A stretch of 63,507 bases of DNA, filler included, from Vannella sp. (lineage: Eukaryota), in the NCBI GenBank assembly GCA_023345925.1. It is 9 parts of 9 records of this genome, joined end to end, with 100 filler letters (N's around TTAATTAATTAA, not from the genome) between each part and the next. Parts side by side here need not be neighbours in the genome. Positions count along the whole stretch, not along the records: positions 1 to 9,633 come from JAJQQN010000708.1; positions 9,734 to 16,316 come from JAJQQN010001110.1; 7 more parts are not named here. One strand, written 5' to 3'. The translations under genes were made by a program, and so were the position numbers. Every line of letters begins with the position of its first letter. The first letter of the stretch is position 1. The notes under the pieces were generated by a model. That model saw only the letters and a program-made list of their open reading frames with translations. It had not been told where the DNA came from and searched no databases. Of the stretch, positions 1 through 13,975 are shown piece after piece.

Positions 1-295
1 GTCCTCGACCTCGGTGCGGACACAGTCACCCACGGCTAAGACGGTCACTGGCCTCTCCTGTACTTTAAATACGTCTGGTAAACCGACTTGTTGCTCCTGA
101 ACCCACTTATTGCCAGCAGACTGAAGAACAACCCTGCTTGTAGGGAGTACGACGGGTCGTAAGCCCCCACACAGGCCCCATCGTAAACCAAAAATAGGAA
201 CCAATCGGAGTTAGACCGACCCTTCCGGTTCTCTTCTGATTGGTGGAAAGGAGGTTAAGGCGAAGTCTGTATCAAGACCACTTTCTTTTGGTTCC

Positions 296-1366
296 ATGCT
301 TCGGGTCACGTTCGTTGTTGCTTTGGTGCTGATGGCAGGTGTGTTGATGGTGGCATCGGCTCCGCTGAAGGAGTATCGCTTCCAAAAGGATGGAATGATT
401 GCCGAGTCTTTCCGCTACTCTCCTCTTCATGGCTTTGTGGTCCCCTCCGTTGGATTGGGGCAGGTCTTCACCATCAACGAGAAGACAGGAAAGCTCACCC
501 AGCTCTCCAACACTCCCAAGTTGACCTCTTCCTTTGGACTTCAGATCGACGAGAAGGCGAACCGCATCTACACCATCAACTGTGGCTCCTCCGTTCCTGG
601 CTTCAATGAAGAGGTCCGAGTGGTGGCCTTGAACCTCAAAACCGGAGACTTTGAGAGAGAGTACGACCTGACCAGCCTCCCCGGCCAGAAGAAGTTTGGC
701 AACGACCTCTCTCGTCCTGACAAGGACGGGAACATCTACGTGACTGAGTCCATTGGCGGGTACGTGTACCAAATCAATCTGGAGACTGGCAAGTCCGAGG
801 TCTTCGCTTCCGGTCCTCTTCTGCAAGGGACTGACTACGTCTTCCTCGGTGATACATTGGGAGTGAATGGCATTGAGATGTACAAGTCAGACTTCTTGTT
901 GGTGAGCCGCTTGTCCAACTCCAGCTTTGACCTGTTGAAGATCTCCCTGGATCCCTCTCGAACGGTCAGCCAAGTCTCAATTAGGGATCGAGCCTCGGAC
1001 CTGCCTGGGTTTGAAGGTCTCCTATTCATTGACAACGGTAACCTCCTGGCTGTCGCAGGGCAATCCGTGTTTGAGCTCAAGTCTACAGATAGTTGGGCGT
1101 CTGCTTCTGTTGTTCAAGTGTACAAGGTCAACCGACCCACTCCGGCTCATACGATTCAGATTGGCGGCGAACTCTACGTCATCTGCGCCAATGGCTATGT
1201 CCCCACCAACGAGTACTACATTGAGAGACTGGGAAAAGCCACTTCAGTGGCCAACGCTCCCAACGCTCCTAACGCTCCTAACGCACCCAATCAGGATTCC
1301 AATGGAGCCGGAAGTGTCCTCCTTCAAGGCCTCCTTCCCTTGGTGTTCCTCCTGGCTGTTTTGTAA
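296..1366 (+). CDS. Secreted, probably GPI-anchored beta-propeller protein (SMP-30/gluconolactonase/strictosidine-synthase-like)
   Basis: Intronless 356-aa ORF. Hydrophobic signal peptide, propeller-type motifs (FGNDL..DKDGNIYVT, GVNGI, GFEGL), a NAP repeat linker and a hydrophobic C-terminus (GSVLLQGLLPLVFLLAVL). Confidence 0.7.
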   Translation: MLRVTFVVALVLMAGVLMVASAPLKEYRFQKDGMIAESFRYSPLHGFVVPSVGLGQVFTINEKTGKLTQLSNTPKLTSSFGLQIDEKANRIYTINCGSSVPGFNEEVRVVALNLKTGDFEREYDLTSLPGQKKFGNDLSRPDKDGNIYVTESIGGYVYQINLETGKSEVFASGPLLQGTDYVFLGDTLGVNGIEMYKSDFLLVSRLSNSSFDLLKISLDPSRTVSQVSIRDRASDLPGFEGLLFIDNGNLLAVAGQSVFELKSTDSWASASVVQVYKVNRPTPAHTIQIGGELYVICANGYVPTNEYYIERLGKATSVANAPNAPNAPNAPNQDSNGAGSVLLQGLLPLVFLLAVL

Positions 1367-1429
1367 GCAGTAAGAGCTTATAAACAGGAATTCGCTTCAT
1401 TTCTTGCATTTCCCCTCTCGGCGGCGGTC

Positions 1430-2742
1430 ATGGGGAAGGACGGAGGCTTTCTCACCCCCAAGGCTATCTCTAACCGTATCAAGGCGAAGGGATTGCAGAA
1501 GCTTCGGTTCTATTGCCAGATGTGTGAGAAGCAGTGCCGTGATGCGAACGGGTTCAAGTGCCATTGCCAGAGTGAAAGCCACCGAAGACAAATGGAGCTC
1601 GTTTCTCAAGAGCAAGGGCGCTTTGTGAACAAGTTCTCCAAGCAGTTTGAGTCAGGCTACATGGACCTGGTTCGCTCTCGCTACCGCACCAAGACTGTGC
1701 GCGCCAACCAAGTCTACAATGAGTACATCCAAGACCGTGACCATGTACACATGAACTCTACCTCCTGGACCACTCTTACTGAGTTTGTCAAGTAGGTCTT
1801 CGCTTCCAGAGGCTGCTCTCACCTCTGCTCACCTGTGGATGAAGGTACTTGGGCCGAACGGGGAAGGTTGTCCCTGAGGAGACTCCCAAAGGGTGGTACA
1901 TTCGTTACATTGATCAGGAGGAAGTAACAAAGAAGGTTTGAGCCCCTCTCTTCCTCTCTGTGCCGGTTCGCTGATACAGGGAGGTCAGGAGGAGCAGATG
2001 AAGAAGCAAAAGGCGGTTATCAACGCTGAAGAGCGCCTCATCCTTGACATCGAGCAGCAGAAGATCCGTGCAGCAGAAGCAGATCCAGATTCATTGAAAT
2101 CAATGGGAGAAGGGACCACCTTGAACCGGACTGACCCGGAGGAGAAGATCGCCATCTCTCTCCCTTCCCTCGCACCCAAAGCACCTGCTCCCCTCATGAA
2201 ACGGGCTTCCATCTTCGAAGAGGAAGAAGAAGAAGAGAAACCCACTCCCAAAGCCGCTCCCACTCTCCCCAACACATCAATGTAAGTCCCATCCGTCTGT
2301 TCGCACCAGAACTGAGCCTTTCCGCAGAGGAACGAAGCGTCCACGAGAAGGTGAACCCAAAGAACCTTCTTCTTCAACAAAGAAGAGCAAAAGCAGCGTC
2401 ATTCGACCAGATTGGCTGCACAAAGGGATCGTAGTCAAGATCAAACTCAAGTCTCTGGGCGAAGGCCAGTTCTACAAGCAAAAGGGAGTCGTACAGGAGG
2501 TGAAGGACCGCTTTGGAGCGAAAGTGAAGCTCGCCTCGGGGGAGACGCTCCTCCTCGACCAAGAGCACGTGGAAACGGTCATCCCTGCCCTAAACGGACG
2601 TGTTCTCGTCCTCAATGGCGAACATCGGGGACAATACGGAACCCTCCAGGCCCTTCTTGTGGAACGCTTCTCCGCCACCATTCAATTGGACCTCGGACAA
2701 TCCGTCATCCTTCCTTATGAGCATTTTAGTAAAACTGCGTAA
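1430..2742 (+). CDS. KIN17: KIN17 DNA/RNA-binding protein (4 exons)
   Basis: KAISNRIKAKGLQKLRFYCQMCEKQCRDANGFKCH zinc finger, HVHMNSTSWTTLTEFVK and C-terminal KOW/SH3-like domains. Inferred introns 1792-1844, 1936-1988 and 2282-2327 keep the frame. Confidence 0.95.
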
Positions 2743-2801
2743 AAATTAATAAGGCTGGGCATCAATGTCGCCCACTTTTCTTTGGCCCTTTCCCCGACGC
2801 G

Positions 2802-5800
2802 ATGTTTCTCGAACGCGCAGCGGAGTTGGGTCTCCTTTTTCACAATCCAGGTGTGTTAGAGTGAAGGTGTGTGCCTTGTGATGGCTAATGGGGTGGCAGA
2901 GACGCATATCTTGAAGGGCTTCTCCTTGGCGGTGCGAAAGGTTCTGGTGCAACAGGTCGTCAGCTTCCTTATTGATGGCCTTTGCGCTATCAAGACACTG
3001 ACCAGTCCAGCTCATGTTTGTTGGGCCATGGAGGTCATTGGACAAGGCTTCTCCTTGCCCATGGAGGACCAAGAATCAGTCCAAAAGGCTGTCACCCTCT
3101 ACCGCATCTGGGCTCTTGAACCCACCTACCGCCCCGTCTCCATTGGAGAAAACCCTCAGTTCTTCCTCCAGGTGAGTACCACTGTTCCAGATTGCTGGGA
3201 GCTCAATCCTCACCAAATGGGTACAGAAAATCATTGAGCAGTTCTCCCTCCTCTTTGAGCATCACCAGTCGGCAAAGGAGGGCGCTGAACGCCATGCTGC
3301 ACTATGTAGTGAAGTATTGGAGGTCTATGTCAACATGGGTCGCAAGTTAGGTCCCAGCTTCACGTTGGAGACGTGGGAGATCTTCCTGAAGACCCTGATT
3401 GCTGTTGCTGACTCTGTCTTACGTTACGATGTACCGGCTCACGCAGAGTCCATTCAACGTCACCTGTGCGCGCAAACCTTCAAGGTACTGTGGGAGCTTT
3501 GGTTGCTCTCAGGCACGCGCAACCCCGATCTTTGGGCCGCACTGAAAGCGCAAGTGCCTGGCTGGACTCAACACATGCATTTGATCATCAACTGGAAGGT
3601 TGTGTGCTTGGGACTGACCAAGCGCGTCGTAGCTATTCTCTACGGAGAGGGAACAACCGGGGCTGCAGCAAACACCAGCCTGCAGTTCGAAGACAGCACG
3701 CAAGAGCTCAATCTTGATGATGACTACGCCTTCTACGCTTGGCAACGCTTCCTCAACTTGATTGGGAATCCCAACAATGTCATCAACGACCCGCCCATCC
3801 TTCTGGCCTTCATGGGAAGCGTGGAGAACTTTGTCAACCAGTTCCTCAAGGTTGGATTCTCTTTGGCACGCCGAGGAGAGGAATCGAACGTGGCGAGCCT
3901 CCTCGCCCCAACAGGCAACACGATCTTGCACGTCTTCGGTTCGTGGCTCTTCGACTGCGTGCTTGTGAACCGGGCAGGCTTTGAAGAGGGGACAGCGCAA
4001 GCAGCCAAGATCCTCTCGAACATTTTCATCACCAAGCACAAGACTGACTTCCTTCCTCACTACGTGGCCAGCTACTACACTTGCATGTCACGCGCTCTAT
4101 CCACTGAGGGCCGCGTGCTTGTGAGCGCCATCACTTCGTCATCCCACCTTCTCCTTAAGGAGATCACAGGTGTGCGCTACCTCGTTCCAGCATTCTTCAG
4201 TGCCATCCAGCGAGTTCTCTCGGGAAAAATGAAGAGTGTAGAGCACGTTATGCCCGCTGAACAGTTCCGCAAGGCCTGTTTGCAGACCTTCAGCTCGATT
4301 CTATGCCTTCCAAACCACTTGGGCCACACGCCCTTCCACGCTGGGACCATCCCTGGGCTAGAGAACGTCACCACTTATCTGGGACTCAAGCCACATTACT
4401 CTGCTCTTCTCACAGACTCCATCTCCAAAGAGTCTTTCGCTGGCAACATCGAGACTTTGCTCAAAATCTCTTTTATGTGGATTGCAGAGGACATTCACAA
4501 CGATTGCGAGTTCGCTCGCCAGTTCGTTGGCTTGGTCGTTCGCAAGATCACTGAGAAACGTTGGTCTCCTGAGGTGATGGAGACGGCTCTGAGGGTGTTG
4601 GCAACTTTGGCGCGCTTCTTCCCGATGATTGGGAACGCCAGTGAGCAGGCGAATCTGATTGTGGAGCAGCTGTGCCGCGTTATTGTGAGTGTTGGCAATC
4701 CCCCAGCTCCTAATCTCGAATCGATTACTGTGCTGGCCTTCCAGTGTATCTCTCGCTGGATTATGACCGATGAATGGATCACGGATATCCCAGAGACGCG
4801 TCAGATCCTCTTACAGTGCATTGTGAGTATGATTACTGGCTCCTCTAGTGAGGAGACTCCTGCTGGCGGCTCCCAAATTGCCTCTGCGATTCCGGTTGCT
4901 GGATCGAAGAAAGAAGACAAGAAGAAGAGCAAGGATAAGAAAAAGAGCGCTGTTGAGGAGCGAGCTACTCCTTCCCCCAAGAATGATAAGAATCAGCCTC
5001 CAGAACTCTCAGAGGCCGTGCGAGAAGCAGCACATTCTACCCTTCTGACTCTCCTGAATGGAGTGGGTAATTTCCCTTCTCCTTCAGGAGCCATGTCCGT
5101 GTCTACTCTCATCAAGGAAGAGGACATTCTTCGAGAGATCATCGCCAACTCACCTGGAGAAACCGAAGTCTCCGTCAAGCAGTACATGCGTTACTACATC
5201 ACGGATGACCGACTGATTCTGTGCGTTATCGACCGCCCCTATTGCCCTACTGGACCATGCGTTTGCATTATCGTTCGAGATAAGACAGGTCGCTATGCCT
5301 GGGACACAAGTCTCAGCTACTCCCCTCTGAATGTGGCTCCACCACCACCTCACCCCCACGACGTTCCTGTTCCAATAACAGTTACGCCACACCAAGCCTC
5401 CACCTCAAAGTCCCTGGACCTCAACAATGTGTCAAACGTCCTGACTTTCCTGAACAGCCGTGAGGAAGGTCCCATCGCCTTCAAATCCGTGGAGTCTCAA
5501 GTCCAGAATGAGTTCAAATTGCTGAAGCGCAACGACTTCTGGTTGAACGCTGACATCAGTCAGATGCTGCCTCCAACGGCAGACACTTACGAAGCGGAGG
5601 CCAAATTCCAGAGAGGCCGAACGTTCTTGTCTCACGCCGGATATCTTTCTCTGGAGAATCGAAGCAAACTCTTCCCTCTGAAGATGTCAAACGGCTTCTT
5701 CCAATCACTCCAACAGCTTGACCAAAAGGCAGAACGCATTTGCATGAATGTAGGCGTAGTCTACGGGTGCAGAGGCCAGACTGAGCCAGAAGAATGGCTG

Positions 5801-6934
5801 TCAAATGAGGGTGGTAGTCTTGATTACCAGCAATTCGTTGCGACATTGGGATGGGGAATTAACTTGCAAGAGCACCACGGCTACAAAGGAAGTGTGGAAG
5901 GCGGAGCCCACTTGGCACCTTACTTTGCCGACTGTGCAAACGAAATCGTCTTCCAAGTGACCACTCTGAACAACAACAAAAACGACCCGGATCTGGCCAT
6001 TAGGAAAATCCAAGCTTTGGAAAGCACCGTTTTGGTGGTTTGGTTGGAAGACTTTGGCGGCTTCCAAGCGCAACAGATCTGGAAGAACGTTCGCTTCAAT
6101 CTGATTGTCATTGCCATCTTCCCCCAGCCTTTCGGACTTTATCTGGTTCGGCTGTTTACCAAAAACGATCTGCACAGTATTGGCCCTCTGACTGATCACT
6201 GCGTTTTGAGCAAACAAGCTCTTGGGCAGCTTGTAAGGGACACTTGTGTCTCAGCCTGGCATTCAGAGAACAAGGAAGTTCCTTCTCCTATTCAGGCTCG
6301 TATTGAGAGCATTGACAAGATCTACGACTCTTTCAAGACCACTTGCAACTTGGAGACTTTCTACACTGGCCAGTTCGTCACTTTGGAAGAGGACCAAATT
6401 AGTCCTTTGGTGGGTTATCCGGCTTCCTCTCGACTTTCCGCGCCCGCTCGTGCAGCAGCGCCCGCTCAGAAGCTCACTCCGTTGGCGCGAGGTTCGTCTG
6501 AAGTTATATCGCCGCAAAGGGAACGATCTCCTTTAACTCAGTCATCTACTTTCACTCCCGCTACTCCTTCACGGCCTTCACCAGCCAGACCCCCAGCACG
6601 CATTTCCCCTCCTGGCTCTGCAGCAAGACCTTCGTTTGCTCCACCTGTTTCTCCTGCTCCGGAGATCCCCCAGGAAGAGCCACAAGAATCTTCTGCTCAG
6701 CCAGTCCGACCCCCGCCTCGGCAGCTGCCTGTTGGGAGAGGGCGTGGTCGCGGACGTGGTTTGGGCGTCGCTGCAGGTGCTGTTCATCCATCCACTTCCC
6801 CAGGACCCACCCGGACTGCTCCACCAGCTGGCGGCGGTTGGCTTGGAAGTCGCACCAGTGTCGCTCCAATGAGACCAGCTCCCTCTGTCATGGGAACTCA
6901 GCGCCGCCAGAACATAGAAGAAGAGGAAAACTGA
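2802..6934 (+). CDS. RALGAPB: Ral GTPase-activating protein beta subunit-like (Rap/Ran-GAP domain)
   Basis: HVCWAMEVIGQGFSLP, APTGNTILHVFGSWLF, IIVRDKTGRYAW and YQQFVATLGWGI..H.GYKG (Rap-GAP fold), followed by a Pro-rich tail. Introns at 2851-2899 and about 3172-3226. Confidence 0.85.
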
Positions 6935-7142
6935 GTTCTGACTTCCCAATAAAGCCATTCTTTTCCAAAGGCCATGCCAGATCCACACTTTCGGGCACAA
7001 GGTAATGTTATCAAGTTAGTTTTTTGATCCCAAAAGTGACTTTGTTGCCAGAGGCTCTTCTTTCCCACGCGCGCGAGATCTGAGTAGTCCGCGAAATAAG
7101 TCTGCATTCGGTGCTTAGGTAAGGATGCCATTTAGTAAGGTT

Positions 7143-9592
<2,450 letters not shown>

Positions 9593-9633
9593 TACAACAG
9601 GAAATGATTTCCTTCTTTTGAGGGGAACTGGGG

Positions 9634-9733
9634 NNNNNNNNNNNNNNNNNNNNNNNNNNNNNNNNNNNNNNNNNNNNTTAATTAATTAANNNNNNNNNNN
9701 NNNNNNNNNNNNNNNNNNNNNNNNNNNNNNNNN
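9634..9733. other. Artificial contig spacer (N-run, TTAATTAATTAA, N-run); also at 16317-16416, 21520-21619, 26674-26773, 39182-39281, 47378-47477, 54493-54592 and 59118-59217
   Basis: Eight identical 100-nt blocks carrying a stop codon in all six frames. Genes are cut off at these boundaries. Confidence 0.99.
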
Positions 9734-9799
9734 GTTACCCGTGAACTCTCTCCAAAGCGCTTTGAATGACCAAAACTGTCCACAATAATCAGGGAACCT

Positions 9800-10175
9800 C
9801 ATTTACCCATTCATTGGAATGCCCTTTGGCTACCACACGCTCCTGCCCTCCCTCGAAGGGGCCCTTTTGGCTTTTGATACAACAGCGAAGGTCAACTCGG
9901 TCTCGGTCACAAGGATATCCAACTCACACCCGTAACGGTCTCGCCCTGGATGAGAGCGGCGGTGTCTGGACCTGGGGATTCGGGCCCAATGTGGGCAATT
10001 AGGGACGGACAACACTTCCAGTCAGCGCCAACTCGCTCTGGTCCCCTTGTTGAAAGGAATGCGCGCCCTGCTCGCTGGTAAGCACCATTCATTGGCGTTC
10101 CCACAGGAAGGCGGCCTGCTGGTCTTCGGATTCAACGGAGCCGGACAACTCGAGAAGAGTGCCCGCTTCCTTTGA
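9800..10175 (+). pseudogene. Internally deleted, frameshifted copy of the RCC1-repeat gene family
   Basis: Matches both the 5' part (cattcattggaatgcc...ctcgaagg) and the 3' part (cattcattggcgttcccacaggaaggcggcct...aagagtgcccgcttcctttga) of 21697-22773, but is under 400 nt with no continuous frame. Confidence 0.85.
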
Positions 10176-10375
10176 GACCCTCTTCTGCATGGAAGGGGCG
10201 CTTGGAGATGTGTGGCAGTGGATCCTCTCTCAGTCCATGAGGGATTTCCTCATTAAATGGACATCGAATCAATCAGTGACATAAATTTATGACTGGAAAG
10301 AATCCTTGTCTTGACGTTTGGAGAGGAAAAGAGAAAAGTTGTTTTCGAATTCCTGGCCAGAATGATCATTTTTCA

Positions 10376-13200
10376 ATGCCCGAAGACAAGTTGACGTCTT
10401 CCCTTGGGTAAATGCCGTGTTTCAATCGCCTCTCTCTCCTAATCCTTTCCATTCAGAGAGAAGCGCCCCCTCGAACCAGGCACACACCCAAGCAAGCTCC
10501 AGTGTAAGTGTTTGAGCTGGGGTTCATTGTTCTTATCAGCTTTTCAGGTCGGATCGCCATTAGTATAACTTCCAGTAACAGAGAGGTGAGAGAGCACCTT
10601 GAAGCTGTGCTCTTTAGCTCGCCACTAGCCGGAGAAACTGAGGACAGAAGTACCAAAACCTTCCTCGATAGTGAATGTATCACAGGTACATTGCCTCTCA
10701 TTTGATCGAATTACTTCAAACGCTCCTTAAATAGCATTCCTTCTTCTGCGCGCTCCAATTCCGAGTCTTCAAGAACAATCAATGGACTGGGATGTGCCAA
10801 ATATGGTTGCCCAAGCCATTATCGCTGAGGCAATGAAAGTTCGTGGTAAGACACTGCCCCTTTCCTTTGCCCGATTATTCACTCTTACACAACAGTACTG
10901 GAAATGCACTTTGTGTGTGGTCTAGTCGATGGAGGTATTGAAATCTCAAAGGACTTGCAAGTCATCTACCAGCTCTTGTTCGAATCAACGCCAGAAGAAT
11001 TAGAGCAATTTCTTCAGTCCTATGAAATGTCCTCTCCGTTAGGCATTCGCTTCTTTGTCGACCTCGCCAAGAGTGAGTTTCTTGAAAGACGCTCATTTTC
11101 GCTCACCAAACCCAAAGATAAGTTGTCGTCCTTTACCAGCTGTGATCTTCACAGTCGATTTCCCTATCAAGAAGTTAATCATGGCGATCGCTTGCGGTCG
11201 GTTGTGCCCACAATCAGGTTTGACCTGAATTACCTTGATCCTAACAACCACGTGTCAAGCTTGTGTGATTTGCTGCGCGGGTCTCGAGGGGACAATGAGG
11301 ATTTGGTGTCAAGAAAAAGCCTTCGTCTGCTCTCGCTTGTTGGTGGCGTTGGTTCCGGTAAAACTCGAGGACTCCTGGAAGTCGGCTTTCGCCATTGCTT
11401 GCAAACTGACGGCCTCGCGTTGTACATCTCATACGATTCTATCTGGATGACCTGGCCTTTTGGTGCTTTTCACTGTATTAAGGATTATAGAAAAATTGAA
11501 GCAGATCTCGCCTGCCGCATTGCATTCGCTTTCTACCGCCAAGTGCTGGTTCCTTCCGACTCCATGTCAGTGCTAGAGTGGAAAAACTTTCCGGAAATGT
11601 TCCCGACCTCGTCTTGGAGCCTAGAGGAGGTGACAAAGGCCATTTGACAAGTACGTGGGATCACAAACAAAGATCCTGATCCTCATTGATGAGGTAGAGA
11701 GGTACGTTAGTTCCAAATTCTTGATGAACTACTCCTTACCAGTTACTCTTCCATTCAAGCATTCCCTGCCGTGAGCCAATCACTAGGCCATATACATCCT
11801 ATCCCCAGGTTAAGATATTGGGGACTTTAACCCGATTCTGTGCTGGAATGGAAAATGTGGACTTCGTTGTCACACATCTGAAGAAGAATGGTCTAGTTCG
11901 TTACGAAGACCGGTCTAACTGGGGGATTCTTGAATTTCCGCTTCCGAAATTCACCCCTGAGGTATTCTTTGGTGACGCTAGGCAGATTTGTCTGGAGCAT
12001 TGTTCGTCTGAGTTGACAATGGATCAGGAACAAGCTTTGCATCTTTTGGCAGAGGTAGTTGGCCTGGTTCCTCGGCAAGTAGAACATGCGCTACAAGTGT
12101 TCAAAACCTATGTAAGGGGGTTTCACGCTTCTATTGCGTCAGGTACACCTTTGGAGCGAGAGAGGTTTCTTTCTTCCTTTCTCCAAGAATCTATCGGACA
12201 AACCACACCAAATGACCTATCAATTCATATGCCGAGAAGACTTGAATCCTCCCTAGAGCATCGCCCTAGAATTGAGAAATTGCTCTTCCTTGATTTTGTG
12301 CTGTGGTGCTTCTCCAGATCCTCCTTCATAAGGGATCTCACCGATTCCAGTGATTTTCAGAAATTGAGTTGCATAGGATACGCCTTTTCTTGGTATTTCA
12401 CGGATTTCACATCGGCGGGCTATGCAATATCCATCCCGACCCACGGGATTCAGCCTTCTGTCCTTGCTCTTCTCCGGGGTGCTCACAAGTTCGGTTTTCC
12501 TCGTATTGCAGATTTGATGATTAAGATGCTCTCATTGGATGTTGAGTGCGCTGTCGGACTCCAAACGGAGCAAATGCACTTGCAATGGGAGATGCTGATG
12601 CGCCAAGTCTGGCATCACCAATACGAATTGAACGAATGTGAATCGCGCATTATATTAACTTTCTTCTACGGGATGGAAACAGAGTATTCGTGTAATCAAG
12701 AGTTCTATGCCAAACTTAAAGAGCTGCGAGTGGATGTGTCCCAGCCTCCCTGCGACCCATTAAGAGAACCAAAAGACCTACGTAATTTAGCTCACTATTT
12801 TAACGAGCCCGGTCCTGCAGAACGGCGATCTCCGCTGGGTGATTTGATCGTACCTGAAGGTGGTGGCCCCGGCGGCGATCTAATCGTTCGGCTTTATCGA
12901 AAGTCCGGAAGCGATCCACTGCCCGCAATTATTGTCCATCAGTATAAGGTTAGAGGGGGCGATGCATTCACAACTTGGGACTTCCAGACAGTTTGGAATT
13001 CTTGCAGACCAGGAGCCAACAATCTCAAGAAACGGGATATCACTCCAATTATCTTTGTGTGCGCCTCATTTCGCCATCCCCAAACAAATCCCCAGAATGA
13101 CTATAACGAGAAGAAGTTGATTTATTTGTCGCGGGATCGGCTGATCGAGATGTACGGGCCACTCCTTCCGTCTCGCATTCGCAACACCTGGAGATCTTAA
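10376..13200 (+). pseudogene. Crinkler/CR-effector-like gene: SAM-like header + P-loop NTPase + C-terminal PD-(D/E)xK-type nuclease; one frameshift
   Basis: Four short 5' exons splice in frame into the ORF at 10904. Walker A is LVGGVGSGKT. Walker B (KILILIDE) is reached only by removing one T near 11643-11645. After an intron at 11694-11742 the frame runs to GPGGDLIV...IIVHQYK. Either a pseudogene or an assembly error. Confidence 0.6.
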
Positions 13201-13379
13201 GCTGGCTTATCATCTCTCAGTGTCCGTGAATTCTTTCTGGACTTATTCCGTCATCCATGTCACTGTCTCCCTCCAAATCTGTCCTGTTCAGAAACATGTT
13301 TCCCAAAGATAAAATGCTTTTTAGTGTTAAATGCCAATAAGAAGGTTTACTCTCAGAGAATCAGTTTGCTTGAATTTTG

Positions 13380-13975
13380 AGGGAAAAGAGAAAGCTGGAG
13401 GGAGACCATTTCTTCAACCCCTCGAGGGACATTGAAGTCCGGGAATATGATGACTCCTTCGGTTGAGTTAATTCCTTTTCTCTTTCATCGCCCATCTCTC
13501 AGCCTTTCTATTCAGAGATAAGCGCCCCCTGGAAGCAGCTGCTCACTCGAGCAAAGCTCAGCGTACGTGTTTGAGCTGGGATCACTTCGTTCTCATAATC
13601 TTTGTCTGTCACAAAGGTCCAATTCCAATCAATTTAACTTCGAGCTACAGCGAGGTTAGGGAGTACCTTGCAGCTGTGATCTTGAGCTCGATTCCTTTCG
13701 TCGACAATGGAGATGATAGCAAGATCGCAGGTACTCACATCCTGAGTGAACGCATCACAGGTACCATATTGCCTGTTTATGAGATGTGTTCCGTCTCAAA
13801 CGCCCATTAAACAGCATTTCTTCTTTGACGCACTCCTATTCCCAGTTTTAATGAGCAATTAGTGCTCTGGAATGTGCCTTTCTTGGTTGCCGGAGCATTC
13901 GTAGCAGAAGCAAAGAACCTCCGTGGTAAGAAGTTGTTCTTTAGTTTCCAAAAAGCACTCACTTATTCTCAGCAT
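13380..13975 (+). pseudogene. Tandem, truncated paralog of the 5' (header) exons of the 10376 gene
   Basis: Colinear similarity including intron positions (ttcagagataagcgccccct, atcacaggtac, cgtggtaaga). Premature TGA near 13826 and no NTPase or nuclease downstream. Confidence 0.75.

Noticed and set aside
9634..9733. Recurring TTAATTAATTAA palindrome flanked by Ns, as a possible biological repeat or target site
   Set aside because: Identical 100-nt construct at eight places with stops in all frames: an artificial concatenation linker. Cross-linker gene neighbourhoods were not interpreted.
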